A stretch of 64,000 nt of DNA from an uncultured Actinomycetota bacterium (GTDB taxonomy: Bacteria > Actinomycetota > Acidimicrobiia > Acidimicrobiales > Bog-793), in contig CAVTJR010000003.1 of the NCBI GenBank assembly GCA_963735115.1, positions 1,231,509-1,295,508 on the forward strand. The letters are read 5' to 3'. The translations under genes were made by a program, and so were the position numbers. Under the pieces are notes generated by a model that saw only the letters and a program-made list of their open reading frames with translations, searched no databases and was not told where the DNA came from. Shown here in pieces: positions 1 through 11,036 of this stretch (positions are counted from its first letter, which is position 1; each line of letters opens with the position of its first letter).

Positions 1-2784
1 GGCGATCTCGGCGATTCCGACCGTGTCCTCCTGCGCCAGCTCGGTGACCGCGTGGCCCTCGCCATCGACAACGCCCGCCTGCTGCGGTCGGCCGAGCGGG
101 AGATCGAGGAGCGCCGGCGCGCCGAGCAGGCCCAACAAGCGGGCGAGACGACCATCACGGTCGTCTCCCGTTCGGGCCCGATCCTGCTGTTCGCCTGCGA
201 CGCCGAGGCGAACATCGTGCACATGGACGGTGGGCTGCTCACCCAGTTCCAGCGGCGAGCGGACTCGTTCATCGGCAAGAACTTCCTCCATGTCTTTCGC
301 GAATACCCGCACGTGACCGAGCTCGCCACGCGGGCACTCGCCGGTGAGCAGATCCGGCGTGCCCAGTTCGCGTTCGGGGCCTTCAACCTCGAGACCTGGG
401 CGTCGCCGTTGCGCCTTCCGGACGGTTCACTTGCCGGCTTCGCCGGCATTGTCGTCGATGCATCCGCCCGGGTGGCGGCCGAGGCCGCCGTGCTCGAGGC
501 CGCTCGCCGCCAGGCCGCCCTTGTGGAGCACGCCTCTGACGTCATCGTCGTCATGACCCCCGACGGGAGGATCCACTACGCCAACCCGGCGGTGCAGCGG
601 GTGCTCGGGTACGTCTGGCATGCCGGTGACGTCGTCGACGTGCTCTCACTGATCCATCCGGAGGACCGCGATCGCTGCCGGGTCGTGATCAGCGAGGCGA
701 TCCAGCGGCCGGGCACACAAGAGCCAGTCGTCTTCCGCCTTCGACACGCCAGCGGTGCGTACCGCTTGATCCAATCGATCGGCAACAACCTTCTCGACGA
801 CCCGGCCGTGGCCGGCTTCGTGATCACGTTGCGGGACGTCACCGAGGAGAGCTCCACCTCGGAGCGCTTCCGGCTCAACGCTGAGCGCCAGGCAGCGCTG
901 GCAGACCTCGGACGCTGGGCGCTCGTGGGCCTGGAGCACGCCGATCTCGTCGCCGATGCGGTCAAGGTGCTGGCCGAGCACTCGGGGGCCGACTTCGTAC
1001 GAGTCTTCGACGCCCTGCCCGATGCGGACTTCATCACGCTGTCGGCCAGCCACGGGGAAGACATTGGCGGAGGCGAACTGCTCTCGGCGGATCCGACATC
1101 CTCGCCGGCCAGCTACGCCCTCGTCACCGGGCAGACCGTGCTCTGCGACGACCTCAACCATGAGGCGCGCTTCGACGTGCCGGATCTGTGGACCCGTGTG
1201 AGCGCCGCCTCCCTCGTCGTCGTGCCGATTCCTGGCTCGGACATGCCCGTCGGTGTGCTCGAGGTCGGCTCCGTCATTCGCAGCGCCTTCGCCGAGGAGG
1301 ACGTGAACTTCGTCGAGGCGGTCGCCAACGTGCTGGCGGCAGCCACGGCCCGGCACCGCGCCGAGATGGCCATCCGCCAGCAGGCTCTGCAGGACCCCCT
1401 CACCGGGCTGCCGAACCGGCTCCTGTTGGCGGAGCACGCCACGGTGTCCCATGCCACCACCGGCAACCTCCCCGCCATGAGCGGGGCGGAACGGACCGTC
1501 TTCGTGCTCGACATCGATCGGTTCAAGGAGATAAACGACACCCTGGGCCACGCCGTGGGCGACCGTGTGCTCATCGAGGTGTCTCGGCGCCTGCGAGGCC
1601 TCGGAGATCTCGTGGAGCTCGTCGCCCGCCTGGGAGGGGACGAGTTCGCCCTCGTCGCCCGCGGAGCCCAGCGCGAGGAGGACCGGCTGGCCGCCCGTAT
1701 CGAAGAGGACCGGCTCGCCCACCACATCCTCTCGGTCCTCGGCGAGGCCTTCAACGTCGAGGGCGTCAATCTTCGCCTCCGCGGCAGCATCGGCATCGCC
1801 TCGGCGGACGTCGATCGGGACGGCGAGCCCGTCGAGGTCCCTGTCCTCCTCCGTCGCGCCGAGGCGGCCATGTACCAGGCAAAGACCGAGCACCAAGGGG
1901 TCCGCCGATACAGCGACGACCTCGAGCGGTCGAGCTACACCAGGCTCGCTCTCGCGAGCGAGCTGGCCGAGGCGATCGACCAAGATCAGCTCCTGCTCGA
2001 CTATCAGCCGAAGGTGGGCTGCGCCGACGGCAGGGTCAGCGGGGTGGAGGCCCTCGTGCGTTGGCAGCACCCCAGCAGGGGCTTGTTGCTGCCCGACGTC
2101 TTCGTGCCTTTGGCGGAACAGACCGGCATCATCCGAGAGCTGACGAGCTGGGTGCTGCAGCACGCCCTGAAGGAATGCGCCTACTGGCATCGTGCCGGCC
2201 ACGAAATCCCCGTGGCGGTCAACCTCTCGGCGAGCACGGTTCACGACCCGGGTCTGCTCGACGCCGTCATGTCGGCCGCCGCCAGCGTCGTGCTGCCGCC
2301 CACGGCTATCGAGCTCGAGATCACCGAGAGTGCCGTCATGCGCGATCCGGCTGGGGCGGTGCGCTCCCTGGAGGCGCTGGTCGATCGGGGCGTGCGCTTC
2401 GCCCTCGACGACTTCGGCACGGGCTACTCCTCGCTTGGTTACCTGCAGCGGCTCCCGGTCGCCTCCGTGAAGGTCGACAAGTCGTTCGTCATCCCCCTTG
2501 CCAAAGGCAACGACAAGGTCAGCAAGGCCATCGTGCGCACCGTCGTCGAGCTCGGTCACAGCCTCAACCTCGTCGTCATCGCCGAGGGTGTCGACTCGCT
2601 CGCTGCCCAAGCGGCCGTCACGGCGCTTGGGTGTGATGCCATGCAGGGTTTCTTCATCAAGCCGCCTATGTCGCCGCAGGATCTGCAACTGTGGATGGCC
2701 GAGCACGATCCCCTCTCCACGCCGGTGCCGTCGATCTCGGACTCCACCTCCGCCGGCGAGGATCTCGGACGCTTCCTCAGCTGA
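1..2784 (+). CDS. GAF/PAS-GGDEF-EAL cyclic-di-GMP signalling protein; 5' end lies upstream of the window
   Basis: Frame 1 is open from nt 1. Motifs: RLGGDEFALV (GGDEF), EALVRWQHP and DDFGTGYSSL (EAL), PAS-like DGRIHYANPAVQRVLGY. Stop at 2782-2784. Confidence 0.9.
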   Translation, partial: GDLGDSDRVLLRQLGDRVALAIDNARLLRSAEREIEERRRAEQAQQAGETTITVVSRSGPILLFACDAEANIVHMDGGLLTQFQRRADSFIGKNFLHVFREYPHVTELATRALAGEQIRRAQFAFGAFNLETWASPLRLPDGSLAGFAGIVVDASARVAAEAAVLEAARRQAALVEHASDVIVVMTPDGRIHYANPAVQRVLGYVWHAGDVVDVLSLIHPEDRDRCRVVISEAIQRPGTQEPVVFRLRHASGAYRLIQSIGNNLLDDPAVAGFVITLRDVTEESSTSERFRLNAERQAALADLGRWALVGLEHADLVADAVKVLAEHSGADFVRVFDALPDADFITLSASHGEDIGGGELLSADPTSSPASYALVTGQTVLCDDLNHEARFDVPDLWTRVSAASLVVVPIPGSDMPVGVLEVGSVIRSAFAEEDVNFVEAVANVLAAATARHRAEMAIRQQALQDPLTGLPNRLLLAEHATVSHATTGNLPAMSGAERTVFVLDIDRFKEINDTLGHAVGDRVLIEVSRRLRGLGDLVELVARLGGDEFALVARGAQREEDRLAARIEEDRLAHHILSVLGEAFNVEGVNLRLRGSIGIASADVDRDGEPVEVPVLLRRAEAAMYQAKTEHQGVRRYSDDLERSSYTRLALASELAEAIDQDQLLLDYQPKVGCADGRVSGVEALVRWQHPSRGLLLPDVFVPLAEQTGIIRELTSWVLQHALKECAYWHRAGHEIPVAVNLSASTVHDPGLLDAVMSAAASVVLPPTAIELEITESAVMRDPAGAVRSLEALVDRGVRFALDDFGTGYSSLGYLQRLPVASVKVDKSFVIPLAKGNDKVSKAIVRTVVELGHSLNLVVIAEGVDSLAAQAAVTALGCDAMQGFFIKPPMSPQDLQLWMAEHDPLSTPVPSISDSTSAGEDLGRFLS

Positions 2785-2855
2785 GGCGCTTGCCCACCTC
2801 GGCTGGCTGGGCTCCGGCCGGCTGGGGTCGGGCCGTGCGAGGTCGGGCTGGCTGG

Positions 2856-2986
2856 GGTCGAACTGTGCGCGCTCGCTGAGCAAACACGGCCCGTCCGGTC
2901 GCGCCGGGCGCAAGCTTCGCCGTGTGCACCGTTCGACGGTCGAACCTTGTGCCCAGACTGAGCAAACACGGCCCGGTGCGGTCGCC
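2856..2986. repeat. Imperfect direct repeat of about 48 bp, two copies with an 82-bp period, in an intergenic region
   Basis: Copy 1 is ggtcgaactgtgcgcgctcgctgagcaaacacggcccgtccggtcgc (2856-2902). Copy 2 is ggtcgaaccttgtgcccagactgagcaaacacggcccggtgcggtcgc (2938-2986). An exact 18-bp core, ctgagcaaacacggcccg, occurs at 2876-2893 and 2958-2975. Confidence 0.55.
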
Positions 2987-3046
2987 CGCCGCAACCAGTA
3001 GCGCCCCTGCGCCCCTCGGGGCTCCGAGTCGCGTTAGCTTGCTCGA

Positions 3047-3934
3047 ATGGACCGAAGAGCGCAGGTCACGCAGGCAGCCGACGGGCGCACGATCATGTTC
3101 GCCGAGTGGGGCGACCTTGACGGCACGCCGGTGTTCGCCCTCCACGGCACGCCAGGCTGCCGGCTCAACCGCCACCCCAACGAGGAGCTCGTCCGCTCGG
3201 CCGGGGCGCACCTGATCACGTACGACCGCGCCGGTTACGGAGGCTCTGACCGCCATCGCGGGCGCGTCGTGGCCGACTGCGCGGGAGACGTCACCGCCAT
3301 CGCCGCCAGCCTCGGAGTTGATCGTTTCGCTGTGATGGGCAGTTCAGGCGGTGGACCGCATGCGCTCGCTGTTGCTGCACTCCTCGGCGAGCGGGTGACG
3401 CGGGCGATCTGCAACGTCGGGGTGGCTCCCTACGACGCCATGGGAGAGGACTGGATCACCGGCATGGATCCGGAGAACGTGAAGGAGTTCGGCTGGGCGC
3501 TGGCGGGCGAGGACCGGCTCGCCGCCGAGCTGAAGCAAGAAGACGAGAGGATCCGTCGGATCGCCTCCGTCGACCCGTCGGCCGTCCTTGACACCTTCGA
3601 CCTGGCGGCGGCCGACAAGGCAGTCCTCGCCCGCGAGGACTTCGCCCAGGTGATGCGCGAGTCGATCCTCGAGGAGACCCGCAACGGCGTCTGGGGCTGG
3701 GTCGACGACGACCTGGCCTTCACCATTCCCTGGGGCTTCGACCCGGCCGCCATCACCGTGCCCACCCGGGTGCTTTACGGAACCTCGGACGTCCTCGTGC
3801 CGGCGGCTCACGGGGCGTGGCTCGCCGCCACGATCCCCGGGGCGGAGGCGCAAGTGAGCGAGCTGGGGCACATGGGCGATCCCGATGAAGATCTCGTCGG
3901 GTCACTGGCCTGGCTGACGGCGGCTGCGCCCTAG
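3047..3934 (+). CDS. alpha/beta-fold hydrolase (proline-iminopeptidase-like)
   Basis: 295-aa ORF. N-terminus TPVFALHGTPGCRL, nucleophile-elbow region AVMGSSGGGPHA, C-terminal HMG. Confidence 0.8.
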   Translation: MDRRAQVTQAADGRTIMFAEWGDLDGTPVFALHGTPGCRLNRHPNEELVRSAGAHLITYDRAGYGGSDRHRGRVVADCAGDVTAIAASLGVDRFAVMGSSGGGPHALAVAALLGERVTRAICNVGVAPYDAMGEDWITGMDPENVKEFGWALAGEDRLAAELKQEDERIRRIASVDPSAVLDTFDLAAADKAVLAREDFAQVMRESILEETRNGVWGWVDDDLAFTIPWGFDPAAITVPTRVLYGTSDVLVPAAHGAWLAATIPGAEAQVSELGHMGDPDEDLVGSLAWLTAAAP

Positions 3935-3944
3935 CCCTCTCGGT

Positions 3945-5453
3945 TCAGCGCAGCGCCAGCTGGCCCGCCACGATCGAGGCGGGCAGGCCCGTCGTCCCCA
4001 TGAGGTAGCGGTCCGCCGCCGCCGCCGCCGAGCGGCCCTCGGCGATCGCCCAGACGATGAGGCTCTGGCCCCGCGCCATGTCGCCGCAGGCGAACACACC
4101 CTCGAGGTTCGTGGCGAACTCCCGTCCGACGGCGACATTCGCCCGCCCGTCGAGGGCGAGGTCGAGCTCGGCCACGACGCCGTTTTGCTCCGGGCCCGAG
4201 AAACCCATCGCCAGCAGCACGAGGTCAGCGGGCAGCTCGTAGTCGCTGCCGGCAACAGGGACGAATTGCACCCGCCCGTCGACGAGCTCCTGTGAGACCT
4301 GCTGCAGCCGAAGCGCCCGCACGTGCTCGTCGCCGACGAGCTCGACGGTGGCGACGGAGAAGATCCGCTCGCCGCCTTCCTCGTGGGCCGACGACGTGCG
4401 CAAGATGAGCGGCCAGGTCGGCCACGGGTTGTCGTCCGCCCGCTCGGCCGGCGGCTGCGAGAGGATCTCGAGCTGGTGCACGGAGGCGGCCCCGTGCCGG
4501 TGAACGGTCCCGAGGCAGTCGGCCCCGGTGTCGCCCCCGCCAATAATGACGACGTGCTTGCCGGCGGCGGTGATGGGCGTGGCCGCGAGCGTTCCCTCGC
4601 AGACCTGGTTGGACGGCTTCAGGTACTCCATGGCGAAGTGGACGCCGCCGAGGTGCCGGCCGGGCACCTCGAGATCGCGCGGTCGCGTGGCTCCGCCGGC
4701 GAGGACGAGTGCATCGAAGTCGGCTCGCAGCGCCACCGCCGAGACGACGTCGGCCCCGGGGGCGGCAGCTCCGGGCACCTCCGGTCGCAGGCCGCTCACG
4801 GGCGGCACACCGACGGACACGCCCGTCTGGAACACCGTCCCCTCCCGCCGCATCTGGGTGAGACGGCGGTCGAGAACCGCCTTCTCCATCTTGAATTCCG
4901 GGATGCCGTAGCGCAGGAGGCCGCCGATGCGCTCCGCCCGCTCGTAGACGACGACCTCGTGGCCGGCCCGCGTGAGCTGCTGGGCGGCCGCCAGGCCGGC
5001 GGGGCCGGAGCCGACGACGGCCACGCGCTTTGCCGTGGCGAGGCGAGCGGGTCGGGGCTCGAGCCGCACGGCCGCCCATTCGGCGATCTCGAGCTCGACT
5101 TGCTTGATCGACACCGGCTCGGAGTTGATGCCGAGCACGCAGGAGCCTTCGCAGGGCGCCGGACAGAGGCGGCCGGTGAACTCAGGGAAGTTGTTCGTCG
5201 CCTCCAAGCGAGCGGCGGCATCGGCGTACCGGTCGCGGGACACGAGGTCGTTCCACTCCGGGATGAGGTTGCCGAGGGGGCACCCCTCGTGGCAGAAGGG
5301 GATGCCGCAGTCCATGCAGCGCGTCGCCTGCTGGCGGAGCAGCAACGGCTCGAACGGCTCGTACACCTCGCGCCAGTCCTGCAGGCGCAGACTGACGGGA
5401 CGGCGTCTCGGGCCTTGGCGCTCGAAACGGAGGAAACCCCGCGGGTCAGCCAT
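3945..5453 (-). CDS. gltD: glutamate synthase (NADPH) small subunit
   Basis: [13 protein letters not shown] start. Fe-S Cys motif [25 protein letters not shown]. Dinucleotide fold [17 protein letters not shown]. The ATG overlaps the gltB stop (ATGGCTGA). Confidence 0.93.
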   Translation of the reverse strand: MADPRGFLRFERQGPRRRPVSLRLQDWREVYEPFEPLLLRQQATRCMDCGIPFCHEGCPLGNLIPEWNDLVSRDRYADAAARLEATNNFPEFTGRLCPAPCEGSCVLGINSEPVSIKQVELEIAEWAAVRLEPRPARLATAKRVAVVGSGPAGLAAAQQLTRAGHEVVVYERAERIGGLLRYGIPEFKMEKAVLDRRLTQMRREGTVFQTGVSVGVPPVSGLRPEVPGAAAPGADVVSAVALRADFDALVLAGGATRPRDLEVPGRHLGGVHFAMEYLKPSNQVCEGTLAATPITAAGKHVVIIGGGDTGADCLGTVHRHGAASVHQLEILSQPPAERADDNPWPTWPLILRTSSAHEEGGERIFSVATVELVGDEHVRALRLQQVSQELVDGRVQFVPVAGSDYELPADLVLLAMGFSGPEQNGVVAELDLALDGRANVAVGREFATNLEGVFACGDMARGQSLIVWAIAEGRSAAAAADRYLMGTTGLPASIVAGQLALR

Positions 5454-8400
5454 GTGCGGCCGCCATGATGGCCTCGTCGACGACGCCGCCGGTCTCGATC
5501 GCCAGGCGAGTTGCCTCGAGGACACGTCGGTAGTCGAGCGGCATGACCTTGCGCGTCGCCGCCAGCGCCGCCGGCCCTGCGGCCAGGAGCCGATCGGCCA
5601 ATGCTGAGCCCGTCAGGCTGCGGTGGCGACCGAGCAGCTCGCTCACGAGGCGGGCATCTTCGGCGTCGAGCTCCTCGAGCGACACCATGTCAGGGTTGCA
5701 GCGCCGGTCGAGCAGTCGGTCCGGGTCGTAGACGTAGGCGATGCCGCCCGACATGCCGGCCGCGAAGTTGCGGCCGGTGGGGCCGAGCACGAGCACTGTC
5801 CCCCCCGTCATGTATTCACAGGCATGGTCGCCGACACCCTCGACGACGGCCGTCGCCCCCGAGTTGCGGACGCAGAACCGCTCCCCCACCTGCCCGGAGA
5901 TGAAGGCCTCCCCGCCCGTGGCCCCGTAGAGGACGACGTTGCCGGCGATCACCTGCCGCTCGGCCGGCGACGGGGAGGCGTCATGGGGGCGGAGCACGAG
6001 GTGCCCGCCGGAGAGCCCCTTGCCGAAGTAGTCGTTGGCGTCGCCCACGAGGCGCAGCGTGATGCCCCTCGGCAGGAAGGCACCGAAGCTCTGGCCGGCC
6101 GAGCCCGTGAGCGTGACCTCGATCGTGCCGTCCGGGAGGCCGGCGCCACCGTGGCGCTTCGTCACCTCGTAACCGAGCATGGTGCCCACGCTGCGGTGGA
6201 TGTTGCGCACCTCGAACGACGAGCGCACCGGCTCGGCGTGCTCGATGCCGGCGCGACTGGCCGCGATCAGCTCATGGTCGAGGGCACCATCGAGCCCGTG
6301 GTCTTGGGCACGCGTGCACAGCAGCGAGCCGGCCGCCCCCTCCGGCGAGCCCGGTGACAGTATCGGTCGTAGATCGAGGCGGCGCGCCTTCCAGTAGTGA
6401 TCGACGGCCTCGGTCGTGTCGAGGACCTCGACGTGCCCGACGGCCTCGGCGAGGGAGCGAAACCCGAGGCCGGCCAGGATCTCCCGCACCTCGGCGGCGA
6501 TGTACTCGAAGAACGTCTCGACGAACTCGGGTCGGCCGCTGAAACGCTTTCGCAGCTCGGGGTTCTGGGTGGCGATCCCGACCGGGCAGGTGTCGAGGTG
6601 GCAGACGCGCATCATCACGCAGCCGGAGACCACGAGCGGCGCCGTCGCAAAACCGAACTCCTCCGCCCCGAGGAGGGCCGCCACCACCACGTCCCGCCCC
6701 GTCTTGATCTGGCCGTCCACCTGCACGACGATGCGGTCGCGGAGGCCATTGCGCACGAGGGTCTGCTGGGTCTCGGCGAGGCCGAGCTCCCAGGGCACGC
6801 CGGCATGCTTGAGCGAGGTGAGGGGGGCAGCTCCGGTTCCCCCGTCATGGCCGGAGATGAGCACGACGTCGGCGTGCGCCTTGGCGACGCCGGCCGCCAC
6901 GGTGCCGACACCCACCTCGGAGACGAGCTTCACGTGGATGCGCGCCTGTGGGTTGGCGTTCTTCAGGTCGTAGATGAGCTGGGCGATGTCCTCGATCGAG
7001 TAGATGTCGTGATGGGGCGGCGGCGAGATGAGCCCGACGCCCGGTGTCGAGTAACGCGTGCGGGCGATCCACGGGTACACCTTGTTGCCGGGCAGCTGCC
7101 CGCCTTCGCCCGGTTTGGCACCCTGGGCGATCTTGATCTGGAGGTCGTCGGCGTTCACGAGGTACTCGCTCGTCACCCCGAAGCGGCCCGACGCCACCTG
7201 CTTGACCGCCGAGCGGCGGGAGTCTCCGTTCGGATCGGGCACGTAGCGCTCGGGATCCTCGCCCCCCTCACCGGTGTTGGAGCGGGCACCGATGCGGTTC
7301 ATGGCGACGGCGAGGGTTTCGTGGGCCTCGGCGGAGATGGAGCCGTAGGACATGGCGCCCGTGGCGAAACGCCTCACGATGGAGACCACGGGCTCGACCT
7401 CCTCTATCGGCACCGGCGGACGGGCGTCCCGGCGGAACCGGAGCAGCCCGCGCAAGGTGGCGAGCTGCTCGGCCTGGGAGTCCACGAGGCTCGTGTACTC
7501 CTTGAAGACGTCGTAGCGGCGGGCGCGGGTCGAGTGCTGCAGCTTGTGGACGGTGCGCGGGTTGAAGAGGTGGTACTCGCCGTCTCTACGCCACTGGTAC
7601 TCCCCCCCGACGGCGATCTCGAGGTTGCCGGGCACCGTGGCGCGCTCGTCGAAGGCGGCCTCGTGGCGCCGGGCGATCTCCTCGGCGATCTCGTCGGCGT
7701 CGACGCCCCCGAGCCGGGATGAGGTACCCGTGAAATGGCGTGCGACGAAGTCCTCGGCGAGGCCGACGGCCTCGAAGACCTGCGCCCCCGTGTAGGAGGC
7801 GATCGTCGAGATGCCCATCTTCGACATGACCTTGAGAACGCCCTTCGAGGCCGCCTTCACGTAGTTGTGGAGCGCCTGGCGTTCCGTGAGCCCGATGATC
7901 ACCCCGTCGCGGACCATCTCGGCGATCGAGTCGAAGGCGAGGTAGGGGTTGACGGCGGCCGCTCCGTAGCCAATGAGGAGGGCGAGGTGGTGGACCTCGC
8001 GCGCCTCCCCGCTCTCGACGACGAGACCGACGCGGGTGCGCTCCTTCTCGCGCACGAGATGGTTGTGCACAGCGGCCGTCAGAAGGAGCGACGGGATGGG
8101 CGCCAGCTCGGCACTGGCGTGGCGGTCGGAGAGCACGACGATGTTCACGCCGAGGGCGATCGCCTCCGACACCTGCGAGCACACCTTGGCGATGGCCGCC
8201 TCCAGGCCGGGGCCGCCGTCGGCCACGGCCCAGAGCCCGTCGACGGCAAAGGCGGAGAAACCCTCCACCCCGCCGTCCTCGGCGACGTAGAGCAGCTTCG
8301 CCAGCTCGTCGTTGTCGAGGACGGGGTGCGGCAGCACGATCTGGCGGCAGTTGGCCGGACCGGGCTCGAGCAGGTTGGCCTCCGGCCCCACGGTGGACTG

Positions 8401-10012
8401 GATCGAGGTGACGAGCTCCTCGCGAATGGCGTCGAGCGGTGGGTTCGTCACCTGGGCGAAGAGCTGGGAGAAGTAGTCGTACAGCAGGCGGGGCCGCTCC
8501 GAGAGCACGGCGATGGGGGTGTCGGTCCCCATCGAGCCGATCGGCTCTGCGCCGTTCACCGCCATGGGGGTGAGGATCGTGCGCAGATCCTCCGCCGTGA
8601 CACCGAAGAGTCGTTGGTGGCGGACGACGGAGGCGTGCTGCGGCGTCAGCATCCGCCGGGGAGGCAGGTCGTCAATGCTGACGATGCCGTCGTCGAGCCA
8701 CGTCCGATAGGGGTGCTCGGCCGCCAGCGACGCCTTCACCTCGCTGTCGTCCACGATGCGTCCCGCCACCGTGTCGACGAGGAACATCCGCCCCGGCTTG
8801 AGCCGGCCCCGCTCGACGACGCGGGCGGGGTCGATGTCGAGCACGCCGACTTCGGAGGCGAGCACGACGAGGCCCTCGTCGGTCACCCAGTATCGGGCGG
8901 GCCGGAGCCCGTTGCGGTCGAGGACGGCCCCTACGACGCTGCCGTCGCTGAAGGCGACCGCTGCCGGCCCGTCCCATGGCTCCATCAGGCAGGAGTGGTA
9001 CTCGTAGAAGGCTCGCCGCGCCTCGTCGAGCTCTCGGTGGTTCTCCCACGCCTCCGGGATCATCATCAAGACGGCGTGCGGAAGCGAGCGTCCTGCGAGG
9101 TGGAGCAGCTCGAGAACCTCGTCAAAGGAGGCCGAGTCGCTGGCGCCCGGTGTGATGACGGGGAAGATCCGCTCGAGGTCCCCCTCGATGAGGCTGGAGG
9201 CGAGGAGGGACTCGCGCGCCCGCATCCAGTTGCGGTTTCCCTTCAAGGTGTTGATCTCGCCGTTGTGGGCGACGAGACGGTAGGGGTGGGCGAGCGGCCA
9301 AGCGGGGAACGTGTTCGTCGAGAAGCGAGAGTGCACGAGGGCGATGGCCGATTCCATCCGGTCGTCGGTCAAATCCGGGAAGAAACCCCGCAGCTGGTCG
9401 GTCGCCAGCATCCCCTTGTAGACAAACGTGCGTGCCGACAACGAGGGGAAGTAGAGCCCTTCCCTGCCGTGCTCAGCCCGCTTGCGGAGCACGAAGAGGC
9501 GCCGTTCGAGGGCGGCGGGCGTGCATGTCTTACCGGCGGTCGCCCCCGGTCGCCACCCCACGAAGATCTGGGTGAACGAGGGCGCCACCCGGCGAGCACC
9601 CTCCCCGGCTACCTCGAGGCGGGCGGGAACCTCCCGCCAGCCGAGGACCGCAAGGCCCTCTTCCTCGGCGAGCAGACAGACCTCGGCTCTCGCATCGGCC
9701 GCCTCGCGGGTCCCTCGGCAGGAACGCCAAGCCCGAGCCGTACTGCCCGGGTGGCGGCAACTCGATGCCGAGCTCGCCGGCTGCCGCCCGAAAGAGCCGG
9801 TCAGGCATCTGCAGGAGGATGCCCGCCCCGTCGCCCGTCTCGGCATCGGACCCGAAGGCGCCTCGGTGGGCGAGGTTCTCGAGCGCCGTCAGGGCGAGAT
9901 CGACCACGGCGTGGCTCGGCCCGCGCCGCAGCTCGGCGACAAAGGCGATCCCACATGCGTCGTGCTCGTTGGCGGGGTCGTACAACCCCGCCGCATCTGG
10001 CTCTGGCGCCAC
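5446..10012 (-). pseudogene. gltB: glutamate synthase large subunit, interrupted by a 1-nt frame disruption near 9708-9714
   Basis: The N-terminal amidotransferase part (..[26 protein letters not shown]) is in the frame of ORF 9530-10480. The rest ([28 protein letters not shown].. to ..IMAAAHG) is in ORF 5446-9846. The span is 4567 nt (3n+1). A GTG at 10012 is preceded by the SD GAAGGGA. Confidence 0.9.
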
Positions 10013-10163
10013 GGTGTCCCTTCTCGGCCCTCGACCGGTCACTCGACCTGGCCGGCTGTCACCCGGGACGTCCTTGGCCCTGCTGGGTCCGCTCAGATTA
10101 CACGCCTCCCGGTCACGACCGCCACGAGGGGGTGCTCGGTTCCGCGAAATGCGCTGAGATGTA

Positions 10164-11006
10164 TTGATGGCCGCGCCTGGGCACCTCGTCACCGCTCCGG
10201 GCAGCACGCCCCCGGTCGCCCTCACGATCGCCGCCACGGACTCCGGCGGCGGGGCCGGCATCGCCGCTGACCTGCGCACTTTCGCCGCCCTCGGTGTGAT
10301 GGGGACGTTCGCCGTCACGGCCGTGACGGCGCAGAACACCCTGGGCGTGCAAGGCATCCAGACACTGCCGGTCGCCATGGTCGTCGCCCAGATCGAGTCG
10401 GTCGTGTCCGATCTCCGCCCGGCGGCGGGCAAGACCGGCATGCTGGCGACGGCGGAGATCGTGCAGGCCGTCACGGTCAAGGCGGCCGAGGGCTCCCTGC
10501 CGCCCCTCGTGGTCGATCCGGTCCTCGTGAGCTCTTCGGCCAGCCCGCTCTTCGAGGGCCGCGCGGTCCGAGACGCCTACCTCGAGCTCTTCGCCCGGGC
10601 GGCGGTCGTCACCCCCAACCTTCCCGAAGCCGCTCTACTCGTCGGCCGGCCGCTCCGCAGCCTGCAGGACATGGAGGAGGCCGCCTGGCGGCTGCAGGCG
10701 CTCGGGCCTGGCCTTGTCGTGGTGAAGGGCGGCCGCCTGCCCGTCGGCGGCGAGGCCGTCGACGTGGCCGTGGACGGCCACGTCGTCACGTTGCTGCGGG
10801 CGCCCTGGGTGGAGACGCGAAACGTCCACGGCACCGGCTGCAGTTTTGCGGCCGCCATCGCCGCCAACCTCGCCCTCGGGCGCGAGCCGTTGCAAGCTGC
10901 GCTTGCGGCCAAGGCGTACGTGTACCGCGCCATCGAGCTGGCCGCAGGCTGGCAGCTCGGCGGCGGCCACGGCCCCATCGACCAGGTCGGGGCCGGCCGT
11001 GGGTGA
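10164..11006 (+). CDS. thiD: hydroxymethylpyrimidine/phosphomethylpyrimidine kinase
   Basis: Motifs [20 protein letters not shown] and [18 protein letters not shown]. 280 aa. Start is TTG 10164 or ATG 10167. Confidence 0.88.
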   Translation: MMAAPGHLVTAPGSTPPVALTIAATDSGGGAGIAADLRTFAALGVMGTFAVTAVTAQNTLGVQGIQTLPVAMVVAQIESVVSDLRPAAGKTGMLATAEIVQAVTVKAAEGSLPPLVVDPVLVSSSASPLFEGRAVRDAYLELFARAAVVTPNLPEAALLVGRPLRSLQDMEEAAWRLQALGPGLVVVKGGRLPVGGEAVDVAVDGHVVTLLRAPWVETRNVHGTGCSFAAAIAANLALGREPLQAALAAKAYVYRAIELAAGWQLGGGHGPIDQVGAGRG

Positions 11007-11036
11007 CCGCCGAGCCGCCGCCGCCGATCGCCCGCT

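Noticed and set aside
2856-2986. CRISPR array (also considered for the tandem repeats at 47516-47563, 48905-48950 and 53481-53520)
   Set aside because: Each has only two repeat copies, with spacers that are unequal or absent. No cas genes are present in the window.
646-2994. Long antisense or alternative-frame ORFs (for example 646-2994 -, 6397-7722 +, 7735-10167 +, 32969-34834 -, 38053-39144 +, 61617-63758 +)
   Set aside because: They mirror well-supported genes on the other strand. Their products are Arg/Gly/Pro/Asp-rich with no motifs. These are the shadow ORFs expected in roughly 70% GC DNA.
10127-10166. Possible TPP (THI-box) riboswitch upstream of thiD, based on GGGGTGC...CGCTGAGA
   Set aside because: Only the 5' half of the consensus is present. 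The ACCTGA..GG..CCAGCG..AGGGA half is missing, and the thiD start codon follows within 10 nt, which leaves no room for the aptamer.
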